From: Cyanophora paradoxa CCMP329
Lineage: Eukaryota; Plantae; Glaucophyta
Assembly (NCBI GenBank): GCA_004431415.1
Contig: QPMI01000017.1
Span: forward strand, 835,310-899,309
Direction: 5' to 3'
Length of the DNA: 64,000 bases
The notes beneath the pieces were generated by a model, which saw only the letters and a program-made list of their open reading frames with translations, had not been told where the DNA came from and made no database searches. Positions 46,625 to 58,202 of this stretch are shown piece by piece; the first letter of the stretch is position 1, and each line of letters opens with the position of its first letter. Both the position numbers and the translations under genes were made by a program.

Positions 46625-49608
46625 CTACCTGCGCTGGGGCCTTCCTCCGCGCCCGCCGCCGCCGCCCCGCCCGCCGTCGCCGCCTCGGCCGCCGCCGCGG
46701 CCCCGCGGCCCCCGAAGCCGCCGCCGCGGCCCCGCGGCCCCGAAGCCGCCGCCGCGGCCCCGCGGCCCCCGAAGCCGCCGCCGCGGCCCCGCGGCCCCTG
46801 AAGCCACCGCCGCCGCGGCCCCCGAAGCCTCCGCCGCCGCCGCCGCGGGAGCGGGGAAGACGGGGCCCTCAGGCGGCCGCCGCCGCCGTCCTCGTCCTCT
46901 CCGTCGCCCTCCCCGCCCCGCGGCCGAGGCCGCGGGCGCCCGCGGCCCTCGCCACGCTCCTCCCGCCAGCCGCCCTCCTCGCCCCGATCCCCGCCGAAGC
47001 CGCCGCGGCCGCCGCCACCGCCGAAGCCGCCGCGCCCGCCGCGCCCGCCGAAGCCGCCGCGCGAGTCGCGCCGGCCGTCCTCGCCCCGCGGCGCCCCTCG
47101 CCGCCCCGCCAGCCGCCCTCCTCGCGCCGCGGCCGCCGCTCGCCCTCCTCGCCCTCCTCGCCCTCCTCGCGCTCCTCGCGGCGGGGCCACGAGCGCTCGC
47201 GGCCCTCCAGCGGCTGCTCGCCCCGGGACCCGGGCCCGGGCCGCCCGCGCGGCTCCCGCGCCGCCGCCCCGCCGCCCACGCCCCGCCCCACGCCGGCGCC
47301 GCCCCGCCGCCACCGCCGCCCCGGCCCCTCTCGCGGTCGCGGGGCGCCTCGTCCCGCTCCCTCAGCTCGCGCTTCTTCGCCCGCGCCTTGAGCTCCGCCT
47401 CGCGCGCCGCCGCCTCCTCCTCCCGCCGCTTCGCCTCCTCCTCCGCCTTCTTCCGCTCCTGCCGCGCCCCGTCTCGCGGGGTCCGAATTCGAAGAGAGCG
47501 GCCCGGCGGGACCCGAACCTGCTTCTCGAGGACGTCCTCCGGCGGCTCCCACTTGCTCCTCAAGATGCGCGTCACCGCCTGGCGGGTCGATCGCGCGGGG
47601 TCAGCGCGGCCGGCGCGGCCGGCGCGCGGCGCGGCGCCCGCGCGCGCTCGCCTCGAAGCTAACTCCGAACTTGGCGCCGAGCTTGTCCGGCGTCCACTTG
47701 CCCGGGTCCGACTTGGCGAGCTCCCGCAGCTGCGGGCCCCCGCCCCGTCAGTCAGCGCCGGGGCCGCGCGGGGCCATCAGGCTAGGCCTCCCTCCCCATC
47801 CCAACCGATCCACTGCCCTCTCTAGCCGGACGCCACGAGCGGGGGGGGGGGGGGCGGGGAAGGGGGGGGGGGGCGTGTGTGCACCTGGACCATCTCGTAG
47901 CGGGAGAGGCGCCGCGTCGGCCGCCACGGCTCCTTCCCCTCCTCCTCCTCCTCCTCCTCCTCGCCCTCCCCTTCGTCTTCGGGCTCCGCCCGCGCTACTG
48001 CCGCCTTCTTCTTCTCCTTCTTCTCCGCCTTCTTCTCGCCCTGGGGAAGGGGGGCGTCAGGGCGGGGGGGTGGGCATCGGAGGGGCCCCGCGCGCCTTGG
48101 CCCCCGCCACCAGCGCCGCCGCCGCCGCCGCCGCCGGGCCGTCCTTGCTCTTCCACGGCTTGCCCGCCGCCGCCCCGGGGGCCCCCGCCGCCCCCCTCTC
48201 CTTGGCGGCGGCCTTGCCCGGGGCCGCGGCCCTGGTCGCCTTGGCGAGCTTCCTGGCCTGCGCCCTGCTCGTCGTCAGCGGCGGCGCCTCCGCCGCCTCC
48301 TCCGCCTCCGCCTCCGCCTCCTCGTCCTCGCGCTCCGCCTTGGCCTTCCGGGCCTTGGCCTTGGCCTCCGCCCTGGCCTCGGCCTTGGCCGCCGCCGCCT
48401 CCTCCTCCTTCTTCGGGCTCGCCGACTGCGCCGCCGCCGGCGCCGTGAGCTCGGCCGCCCCTCAGGACAGGCGGGGACGAGGGCCGCGGCACCTTGCGCG
48501 ACTCTTCCGCGTCCTCCCCGCCGCTCAAGGCCTTCGCTTTGCGGGCCTTGGGCGCGGCTGCCGCTTCCGATCCCGCCCCCGCCGTCTCCGCCCCCGTCGC
48601 CCCCGCCTCGGCCTCCTTGCCCTTCTTGGCCGCTCTGGGCTTTGCCGGGGCGGGCCGCGCCTCCTCCTCCTCCTCCTCCTCCTCCTCCTCGATGTTGTGC
48701 TCCTCGCCCTCGTCGTCCTCCTCGGCCCGGCGCGCCCGCAGCCGGCCCTTCGAGGCGGCCGCCAGCTGCGCCGGCGCCTCAGAAAGTGCGGAGGCGGCGG
48801 CGGAGCGGCGGCGGCGTCGCGCACGATGGCAGGGTCGGCCCGCTTGAGCTTCCGGGTCATGATTCCTGTCTCCTTCGGCTCGCGGCGGCCAGCCTGCGCA
48901 CGCGCCGCCCCGCGTCAGCGTCCGCTCGGGCCGCGCCGCCGGCGCCGGCGGGGTCACCGCCTGCAGGACGACCGGCTCGGGCGCCGCGGGACCGGACTCC
49001 GGCTTTTCGCCCGCCGCAGCCGCCCCCTTCTCCCGCTTCCGCTCTGCCGCCACGAGACGCAGTGCCGGTCAGCGCCAGCCTGGAGCTCGGGCCCCGGGAG
49101 GGCGGGCCGCCCGCTGCCCGCTCACGTCTGTGCGATTTGATCTCCTTATCCGCGTCCATGTGCACGATGGCCAGTGCCTGCTCGTACTCGCTGACGGACA
49201 TGCCGGGCTGCGCCTGGGCCGCCGGCCGGTCGTCGTCCTCCCCGGCCTCCCGCTGCGCCTCCGCGGCCCCCGCCTCGGCTGCGCTCACAGGCGCGTCCTC
49301 GCGAGCGTTATCCGTTGTGCCGCCTTCGCCCGCCTTCGTCGCGTGCGAGTGCCGGAGAAGCGGCACGGTCGGCCAGCTGAGCTGGGGCGATCCGGGGCCT
49401 CCACGCGACAGGCCGGTGGCATATTTGCCGATCCGCGTCCATGCGAAGCTACGTACGCCGGCGCGCGGTGAGCAGACCGCGAGATCGGGCGAACGGCAGC
49501 GCACCTCGGCGAGGGGATCGCTCCAGCGGTCCAGCCGGCTAGGACGGGTCGGAGGCTGTGACCAACGAGGCCCAGCGGCCGGGATCTGGCGCTCCAGCTC
49601 GCCAGCAT
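46625..49608 (-). CDS. Neugrin/RRG9-like mitochondrial ribosome assembly factor with RGG-rich C-terminus
   Basis: Arg/Ser/Leu-rich presequence MLASWSARSRPLGL. Core QLRELAKSDPGKWTPDKLGAKFGVSFEAVTRILRSKWEP resembles the Neugrin/RRG9 motif. Lys/Glu-rich middle and GGFGGRGG repeats at the end. Confidence 0.7.
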
Positions 49609-49695
49609 CTTTGTTTCACGTATCCCCCCTTTTTCGAGACATCGGAGAAAAGCTGCTTCCGCGAGGTCCCAGCGCCCCGCCGGCGACTCCTCGGC
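49609..49695. promoter_or_regulatory. Very short divergent intergenic region (probable bidirectional promoter/overlapping 5' UTRs)
   Basis: 87 bp lie between the predicted ATGs of the Neugrin-like gene (49608, -) and ALG11 (49696, +). Confidence 0.45.
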
Positions 49696-51769
49696 ATGTG
49701 GGCGCCATTGGCAATCGTGGGCGCCAGCATCGCCCTCGCCCTCTTCCTCTTCGTGCTCAACTCGCTCTACCTCATCGGGAGGCGGCGCGCGCTGTACGGC
49801 AAGCGCACCGTCGTGGGTATCTTCCACCCCTACAGGTCCGCCGTCGCACTCGGCCCCGCGCCACGCGTTCGAACACTGCTCCGCAGCAACGACGGCGGCG
49901 GCGGCGAGCGCGTGCTGTGGTGCTGCATACGCGCTCTGCAGTCGCTGGGACCGGACATCCACTGCGTGCTCTACACGGGCGAGGGCGTGAGTGCCGAGGA
50001 GACCCTGCGGACGGCGCAGGTCCGCGGCGCCGGCCCTCCGCAGGAACTGGCCCCGCCCACGCGCCGCCCGCAGGCGCGCTTCAACGTAAGCTTGGAGCGG
50101 CCGATCGACTTCGTGTTCCTAAAGCGGCGGCACTGGGTCGAGGCCAAGCGGTCCGCCGCGCCGCTCGGACGCCCGCCGCGCCGCGCCTGTCTGCGAGCGG
50201 GCGGCGCGCAGGTACCCGTTCCTGACGATGCTGGGCCAGAGCCTGGGCAGCGTCCTTTTGGGCTGGGAGGCACTCTCCTCCCTCGTCCCCCACGTCTACT
50301 TCGGCGAGCTTCTCCCCCCCCTACCCCCGCCCCCCCTCCCCCGCCCTCGCCACCTCACGCTCCGCAGACACGATGGGCTACGCGTTCACGTACCCCCTCG
50401 CGAAGGCCTTTGGCCTCTTCACGACCCGCGTCGCGTGCTACGTCCACTACCCCACCATCAGGTCCGGGGCAGGCGCCCGCCCCCCGCCCCCGCTGCCTGA
50501 CGCGTACCCCCCGCCCTCCCCAAGCACGGACATGCTGGCGATGGTGGCGGAGCGGCGGCCGACGTACAACAACGACGCGCGCATCGCCGCCTCGGCCGCC
50601 TTCTCGGCCTCCAAGCGCGTCTACTACCGCGCCTTCGCGGCCGCCTACGGCCTCTGCGGCGCCTTCGGCGACCTCGTCCTCGTCAACTCGAGCTGGACGC
50701 GCGGCCACATCGACGCACTCTGGAGGCGCCCCGGCCGCACCCACGGCGCGCCCGCCCCGCTTGCTCCGCGCCCCCCTTCTTCCTCTCGCCCTTCCTCACT
50801 CTCGCTCAGTGGTCTTCCCGCCGTGCAACACGCGCGCTCTCTGCGCCCTCCCGCTGGAGCGGCCGCCCTCCCGAACCATCGTCTCCGTCGCCCAGTTCCG
50901 GTGAGCTCCCAGAGAGCTCAGCTCGGCCCGAGGGCTGACACGAGGGCGCCCGCCCGGGCACGGGGGTACGCCAGGCCGGAGAAGGACCACGAGCTGCAGC
51001 TGCGGAGCTTCGCGCGGCTCCTCGCCTCCGGCTGCGACGCCCGCCTCGCCCTCGTCGGGGGGTGCGCGGTTCTCGCGCCTTCGCTCGCTTCCCCCCCCCC
51101 CCCCAACTTCGTTCGCAGCGTGCGGAGCGAGGAGGACGCGGCGCGCGTAGAGCGGCTCCGCGCCCTCGCCGCCAAGCTCGGCGTCCAGGACAAGGTGCTC
51201 GGCGCACCCGTACCCCTCGCTTTCCCCCCCCCCCCCATCGCCGGCAGGTGGAATGGCACGTGAGCGTACCCCACGGGGAGCTCGTTCGCTTGCTCGGCTC
51301 GGCCCGCGTCGGCCTGCACGCGATGTGGAACGAGCACTTCGGCATCGGCGTCGTCGAGTACATGGTGCCGTACCCCCCTCCCGGATCTTCCCCCCCCCTC
51401 AACCCTTCGCCAGGCGGCGGGGCTGGTGGCCGTCGCGCACGACTCGGGGGGCCCCAAGGCCGACATCGTCGTACCCCACGGGGGCCAGGCCACGGGTCCG
51501 CCCCCCGGGCCCGCCCCGCCCCTCAGGCGAGGGCGAGGGCCCACGGGCGGGCGGGGGGGCGGGCGGCGGGGCGCGCAGGCTTCCTGGCATCCACGGAGGA
51601 GGGGTACGCGGAGGCGCTGGGGCGGGCGCTGGAGCTGCCGGCGGGGGAGCGGGCCGCGCTGCAGGCGGCGGCGCGCGCCTCCGTCGACCGCTTTAGCGAG
51701 GAGGCCTTCGACGCCTCCCTCGCCCCCCTGCTTGCCCCGCTCCTCGGCCTCAAGCCCCGCCGCGACTGA
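49696..51769 (+). CDS. ALG11: GDP-Man:Man3GlcNAc2-PP-Dol alpha-1,2-mannosyltransferase
   Basis: N-terminal TM segment, then [16 protein letters not shown], [46 protein letters not shown] and [11 protein letters not shown]. Confidence 0.95.
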
Positions 51770-52230
51770 CCGGGCCGCCGCCGCATGCGGATGGAATATG
51801 CTCGATAGGCTTGGATGTCGCTTCTGGGCTCTGCTACGTCAACGCTGCTTACGCGAGACCGTAGAAGGCTAGCTAGCCAGCTACTAGCTACTGTCAGCTG
51901 CAACTGGTTTCGAAGGAACATGGAAGGGATGCTGTGTTGGTACATGCCCGGGGCCGGAGGGCCGGCGGGATCAAAATTGAGGCGGAGGAAGGGTTAGGGA
52001 TACATGCGTCTGCGTCTCGAAACGCGCTACAAAGAAAACGGTCGCGATGGGCTGATCGCAATCGTGCTGACTGCTTCATTTCACATGTGCATACGATCAT
52101 GAAAGCGATGCGTATGAGGACACTGTTTAGTTACTGAAAAGGATGCGCGAAAGGAGTAGCTAATTAAATATAAAACGCGGCCGGAAAGAAAGCGAATCAA
52201 AGGGCGCGCGGGTCGCAGTTGAAATTCGTC

Positions 52231-53642
52231 TCATTCGGAGTCGGACGGGGAGTCGGAGGGGCGGGAGAAGCGGGCCGGGGGCCGGTCGCCGCCGAGCCAG
52301 GAGCGGGGCTTGACGCCGCTCGCCTTGTAGATGGCGTTCTCGAGGTGCCGGAAGACGTTCGTCGAGTCCAGCAGCGGGTTCCACCAGCTGCGCGCCCCGG
52401 ATCAAATTCGAGGTCGAATTCGATCGGATCGATCCGACAGAGGGCGTACCCCGAGACGATGCAGTAGTTGGCCTCGTAGGGGGACACGTGGTGCTGGCCG
52501 TGGGCGAGGCGGGAGACGAGGAGGCCGGCGCGCTGGAGGGACGCGGCCAGCGCCGGCGGGTGCGCCGCGTGCGACCAGGCGTGCTGCGCTCATGATCAGA
52601 GGCGCGCGCGAGGCTCGAATGAAGCCTCCGGCGCACGGTGAGCTGGCTGAGGACGATGAGGTTGAGGAAGACGGTCCAGCCGGCCGTGAAGAAGGCCGAA
52701 TCCGGGTTCGCGAGGAGCAGCAGCGAGAGCCCGGGGATCGAGAGGCCCTGCGGCGCGATGGGCCGGCCCCGTTCAGCCACAGTGGTCCAGACGCTCGAGC
52801 TCGAGCTCCAAGCACACGCGCACCTGGCAGATCTTGTACACGTTGTTGCAGAACTCGCGCTTGGTGATGACGATCGGGTCCGAGTGGTGGCCCTGGAAGC
52901 CCGCGATCTGTTTCCCGAAGATCGGCGTCCGCTTGTCCCCGTAGTTGTCTGCGGCGCAGCTCGCGCGGTCAGGCCGCGCGCGAGGGACCACGCCGGGACG
53001 GCGCGGCGCTGTCCCCAGCCGCATCCGCACGCACCGATCGCCCAGTGGTAGACCCCCGTGCCGAGATCACTGAAGAGGTACCCGCAAAACGCGGCCGCGG
53101 CGATGTGCCACGCGGGGGCGCCCTGCACGTGCGTGAGCGGCAAATTTGATCCGGTCCTGGGGCGGTTTGAATGCGCACGTTCGCGACCAGCTCGTACGCG
53201 CGGAAGCCGGCGACGGCAGTCATCGCCCAGTGCACCGCCTGCGCGCAGGCGGGTTCGAAACGGCGCTGGCGGCATCATTGCGGGACGGGCGAACCACGAT
53301 GGCGCGCATGGCCGGGGTGCTGTCCAGGCGATCCTCCCAGTCGATCGAGAAGGGATCATCCGCGGGCGGGACCGAGACAGCCGCCTCCGACGGAATCGCT
53401 GGGGCAACTTGCGTCACACTCCGCTCCTTGGTCGGCGCCTCGGCCGGGGCCGGTCCTGCCTGGGATACGGTGAATATCCTGCTGCTATCTGCCTGGAAGA
53501 TTCTCCGGGCCGGCCGGGCAACGCGAACTGGAGCGCGCGCGAATGGACTGCACGCGAGCTGCACGTGCTGGAAGCTCGTCCCCCGCTGAACAGCGCCGAT
53601 CGCACTGGAAGAGACCGCAGGAAGCGCGGTGATGAAGGCCAT
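52231..53642 (-). CDS. FAD4: Plastid fatty acid desaturase 4 (TMEM189/CarF/Kua family; delta3-trans PG desaturase)
   Basis: Transit peptide [13 protein letters not shown]. Motifs [30 protein letters not shown] and [25 protein letters not shown]. Confidence 0.88.
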
Positions 53643-53952
53643 TGCTGCACACCTCGTGCTGTCCGCGTGCGCGGAAGGTTGCGAGAGTCGGGTTGCGCGC
53701 GCAGCGGCTGGGGCGGTCGGACGGATCTGAAAGAAGATTGGCGGGGTTCTAGTGTATACTTGCGCGGGCTGGCTGCAGGCCGGCGGTTGTCTGGTGGTTG
53801 GTCTCGCGAACGATCTGTACCCGGCACGAGTTTTCCCCCGGGACCTCGGCAAGCTCCAGCTCACGACGCGGCCCGCGCTGCGAACTGGCCAGCTGGATCG
53901 GCGCAAAGGCAGCGGTGGAGCAGCCACCAGCGACAGCGGGCTCCGGGGCACG

Positions 53953-56028
53953 ATGAGGCCGGCTGCAGCGTTCCTGGCTCCGGCGGTGCCGACGTGGGGT
54001 CGATTAATGCGCTGCAGAGCGAGCGGGGGCGTCGATGCGGCGGCCCGGCGGCTGTGGAGCGGGAGCGCGATCTGCGAGCACCGAGCCGCCATCGCGGGCG
54101 GCGCGCACGCGCGAGGCGGCGCTCTCCGGCAGAGGCGCTCTTTCTTCGCGGGATCCACATTCGCGCGCACCAGCAGAGTCGCCCCCGCCGCGGCATCCGG
54201 CGAGCGGCGCGCCCACACGTCGCCGCGCGCCGAGGACAAGGCCCCGCCGCCGCCGGCCCGTACGTTCAAGCCGGGAGCACTCTCGCACCCTTCCTCTCAG
54301 GCGGCGGGCTCACGGGGCGGGCGGGGCGCAGCCAAGCCGAGCATAAAGTCGAAGATCTTCAGGACGACGCCGGGTTCGAAGGCCGAGCGCCCGATCTACA
54401 TGGACTACCAGGTAGACGCGCGCGCGCACAGCCCCGCGCGCGCACTCTCCTCTCCTCCGAGGGCCGACGCGCGTGCGCGCGTGCGCGCGCGGGGCAGGCG
54501 ACGACGCCGATGGACCCGCGGGTGCTGGAGGCGATGACGCCGTACTTCCTCGAGCGCTTCGGCAACCCCTCGAGCCAGAGCCACGTGCACGGCTGGGAGG
54601 CCCAGTTCGCCGTCGAGAAGGCGCGCGCGCCGCCCCCGCCCACCGGCCCGGCCCCCCAGCGCTCACGCGCGCCGGGCGGCGCGGGGCGGGGCGCGCAGGC
54701 GCGGGCGATTCTGCGGGACGCGATCAACGCGGAGGACGAGTCGGAGATCGTCTTCACGAGCGGCGCCACCGAGTCCAACAACCTCGCCATCAAGGGTACG
54801 CGAACCGCCCCCATTCGCTCTACCCCCCTTCCCTCACCGCCCCCCGCACCCGCACCCCGCAGGCCTCGTCGAAAGCTACTACGAGGCGGGGAAGAAGGGC
54901 CACATCGTGACCGTGGCGACCGAGCACAGCGCCGTGCTCGGGCCCTGCCAGTATCTCCAGGGCATGGGCCTCGAAATCACGTACCTCCCCGTTGGGCCCG
55001 ACGGCCGCATCGACGTGCGCCGTACCCCCTTCCCCGCGGCTTTTCTGCGCCCCCTCGACCCGCGAGACAGATCGAGGGGCTGCGGGCAGCGATCCGCGAC
55101 GACACGCTCCTCGTCTCGGCGCGTACCCCCCGGCCGCTTCGCCCCCTTCCGGCCCCTAATCCCGTACCCCAGGTGATGGCGGCGAACAACGAGATCGGGA
55201 TCCTGCAGGATTTGAAGGCGGTGGGCCGCCTCGTGGCGGAGCGCGACGAGTGCTTCTTCCACACGGACGCCGTCCAGGCCCTCGGCAAGGTCTGAACCGC
55301 GTACCCCCCTCCCCCCTCCGGGGCCACGGCTCACCCGGGGTACAGGTGCCGCTGGACGTGCGGGAGGCCGGGGTGCACCTGCTCTCGATCTCGGGCCACA
55401 AGCTGTACGGGCCGAAGGGGGTAGGGGCCCTCTACGTTCGCAAGAAGGGCCCGCGGGCGCGGCTCGCCCCGCAGCTCCACGGGGGCGGCCAGGAGCTCGG
55501 CCGCCGCTCTGGCACCCTCCCCGTGCCCCAGATCGTCGGCCTCGGCCGGTGCGCGCGCGCCGCCTGGGATCCGCGTACCCCCCCGCGGCCGCCTGACCTC
55601 GCGGCAGGGCGGTGGAGATCGCGGTGGAGGAGCTGAGGGCCGGGGAGGAGCCTGCGCGGCTGCGGGCGATGCGGGGGGAGCTCTGGGCCGCCCTGCGCGC
55701 CCTCGGCGGCGTGCACCTGAACGGGAGCGAGGAGGCCGCGCTCTCGCTGCCGGGATGCCTGAACGTCTCCGTGGAGGGCGTGGAGGGGGCGGCGCTGCTG
55801 CGCGCGCTGCGGCCCGCAGTGTCCCTCTCGAGCGGGTCGGCGTGCACGAGCGCGGGGGAGGGCCCGCCGCGCCCCTCGCACGTCCTCCGCGCCCTCGGCC
55901 GCTCGGACGCGCTGGCGGCGGCCTCGCTGCGCTTCGGGTTCGGGCGCTTCAGCAGCGGCGAGGACGTCGCGCGCGCCGCCGCCCTCGCCGCCGACGCCAT
56001 CCGCGCCGCCCGCGCCCCCGCCCCCTGA
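53953..56028 (+). CDS. iscS: Group I cysteine desulfurase (IscS/NifS type) with long N-terminal targeting extension
   Basis: [83 protein letters not shown]. Confidence 0.92.
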
Positions 56029-56437
56029 CCGGTACCCTCCGCCCGTTCCGCGCACGCCGTCTTTCTGTATTGACGGCCACGCCGAGCTGCCCGACGACGT
56101 ATAATTATACGTTTACGAATTGACGGCCACGCCGAGCTGCCCGCATGTACGGATCTGCCCGCGGCCCGCATAGGCTAGCGCATATATACGTATACGTATT
56201 GCTGAGAACGTTTACTGTGCAAGTATTGTGATACCTCCCAGGCGGTTGAAAAGGGCCACAAACCCCTAGGAAGCACAATGTCGAAAAAATGAAAGAGATT
56301 ATGATCTCACTGCGATCAACTGTCTGTGTGGCAATCCGATATGTCGAAGGACAGCCGCCAGGACGAAACTATATATAGCTACAATTACAAACAGAAAAAG
56401 CACACATGTACAGATTTACGGCTACAACAGGCGGCCC

Positions 56438-58202
56438 TCAGAGGATGCGGCAGGTGGGGGCGGGGCAGGCGCAGGCGTTGCCCCCGAGGGCGAGGGGGCA
56501 CTTGGTCTGGATCGCGAACTCGGAGGTGCCGCCGCTGGGCCCCATCCAGTACCCCACGTTGTAGACCTCGAAGGCGGTGGTGCCGGCGGGGGCGCCCGTG
56601 TAGTAGTTGTAGGAGCCGGGCTCGGCGAGGGCGGTGCCGGGGCCGGCCTCGCAGGCCATGCGGGGCCCGACGGGGGCCGAGGCGGCCTGCAGGTTGCGCA
56701 CGGTGAACTTGTAGAAGCGCGCGCACGCTGTCGGCGAGCCGTTCGCCCAGTCCGCCGCCCAGAACTCCCCGGGCACCGCCGCCGAGACCGAGAAGCGCTC
56801 CCCCGCCGGCGGCGGCGGCGGCGGCGGCGGCGGGGCGGCCGAGGGCGTCGGCGAGGGCGGCGGCGCCAGCGGCGGCGAGGGTGTCGGTGTCGGGCGGAGG
56901 AGGGGCGCCGGCGTCGGCGTGGGGAGAGCCGGCGCCGGGGCCGGGGCGGCGGTCGCGAGGGGGGTACCGGTCGGCGCGGGCGTCGAGGTCGGGGCCGGGG
57001 AGGGGGGGCGGGGGCGGGGCGGAGGCGGGGCCGAAGAGCCGCAGCCGGGGACGGGCCCGCCCGCCGCCGTGATCCGCACGTCCGCGCAGTTCCTGGGCCG
57101 GCGTCAGCGCCTCGCGCTTCAGAGTGATTAATCCAGAGGAGGGGGGAGTACAGCGCACCAGAACTCCTCGGGGCGGGCGGGGCCGGAGCCGCAGCGGGGC
57201 AGGTACGGGAAGACGAAGGCCGGGTCGGCGAGGACGGCCGCGGGGGCGAACGGGTCGTTGCAGCTGTTCCCCGTCGCTGCGGCCCGTCAGAACAGAAGGG
57301 CGAGGATGGGGGAGGGGGGAGGGGGGAGGGGGCGCCGGCTCACTATAGTGGAAGCGGAGGACGGCGTGCTGGGAGGTGATGCCGGCCGGGAGGCGGACGC
57401 GGGGCCGGTAGAGGCGCGAGGCCTCCGTGAACGCCTCGTACGGCGCGCTGTGGATGTAGAAGCGCGTCCCCACGCAGTACGGCGAGCCCTCGCAGGGCAG
57501 GGGGTACCGCCCCAGGCACTCCTCTGCGGGGGCCCCGGGTTCGGATCGGGCCGAAGGGAGGTCGAGGAGGGGGGCGGGGGGTCGAGGGGCCGGGCCGCAC
57601 CGGTGACGTCACCGTCCTGCCCGTCGAGGGGGCAGAGGTGGAACTCGAAGTACCCAGCGTGATACGCCGTTATGGCGACCTGAGGGGGCGGAAGTGAATA
57701 CCGGAGCTCGCTGGCGGAGGGGGCGAGAGGGGGGTACCGCACCTCGAGGCCGATTACGGAGCCGGCCGCGTAGTCGGCGGCGAGGACGCCCTTGTACCCC
57801 CAGGTACCGCTCCCGACGTACTCCAGGGGGCTGTCTCCCCCCTGCGAGGAGCCGCAGACGCCGTGGACGGCGCCGCTGGGGTACGGGGCGCCGTTGGGGT
57901 AGACCTTGTCGGGTCCGCCGCCCTGCGCCCGCCGCGCCGTCAGGACCGGCGCGAACCGTACGAGAAAAGAGTCGCGTCGAGCCTCAGCTGCAGAGGCGCA
58001 CCTGGAGGCAGTGGTCGCACCAGTTGACGCGGACGTTGGGGCAGGAGGAGAAGACGGGCTCCTTGGCCAGGCGGGCGCGGGCGACGGGGGAGCGCAGGTA
58101 GCCGTGCGCGCGGGCGCCCTCCAGCAGCGCCAGCAGCGCCACCGCCGCCAGCAGCGCTCCCGCGCTCACTCGCGCGGCCGAGTTCACCGGTACGCGCCGC
58201 AT
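56438..58202 (-). CDS. Secreted lytic polysaccharide monooxygenase (AA15/AA10-like) with Pro/Thr linker and C-terminal Cys/aromatic-rich module
   Basis: Signal peptide ends ARA|HGYLRSPVAR (His1). Second brace His in TAYHAGYFEFHLC. Also TGNSC and PEEFWNCADVRI. Confidence 0.85.

Noticed and set aside
53953-56028. IscS as part of a hydrogenase maturation cluster
   Set aside because: It lies 37 kb away with unrelated genes between, has a different predicted compartment, and no hydE/F/G is in the window.
56070-56143. 24-bp direct repeat downstream of iscS; also the (CT)n-flanked duplication at ~42885-42957 and the GA microsatellite at ~31043-31068
   Set aside because: Simple local duplications or microsatellites with no evidence of function.
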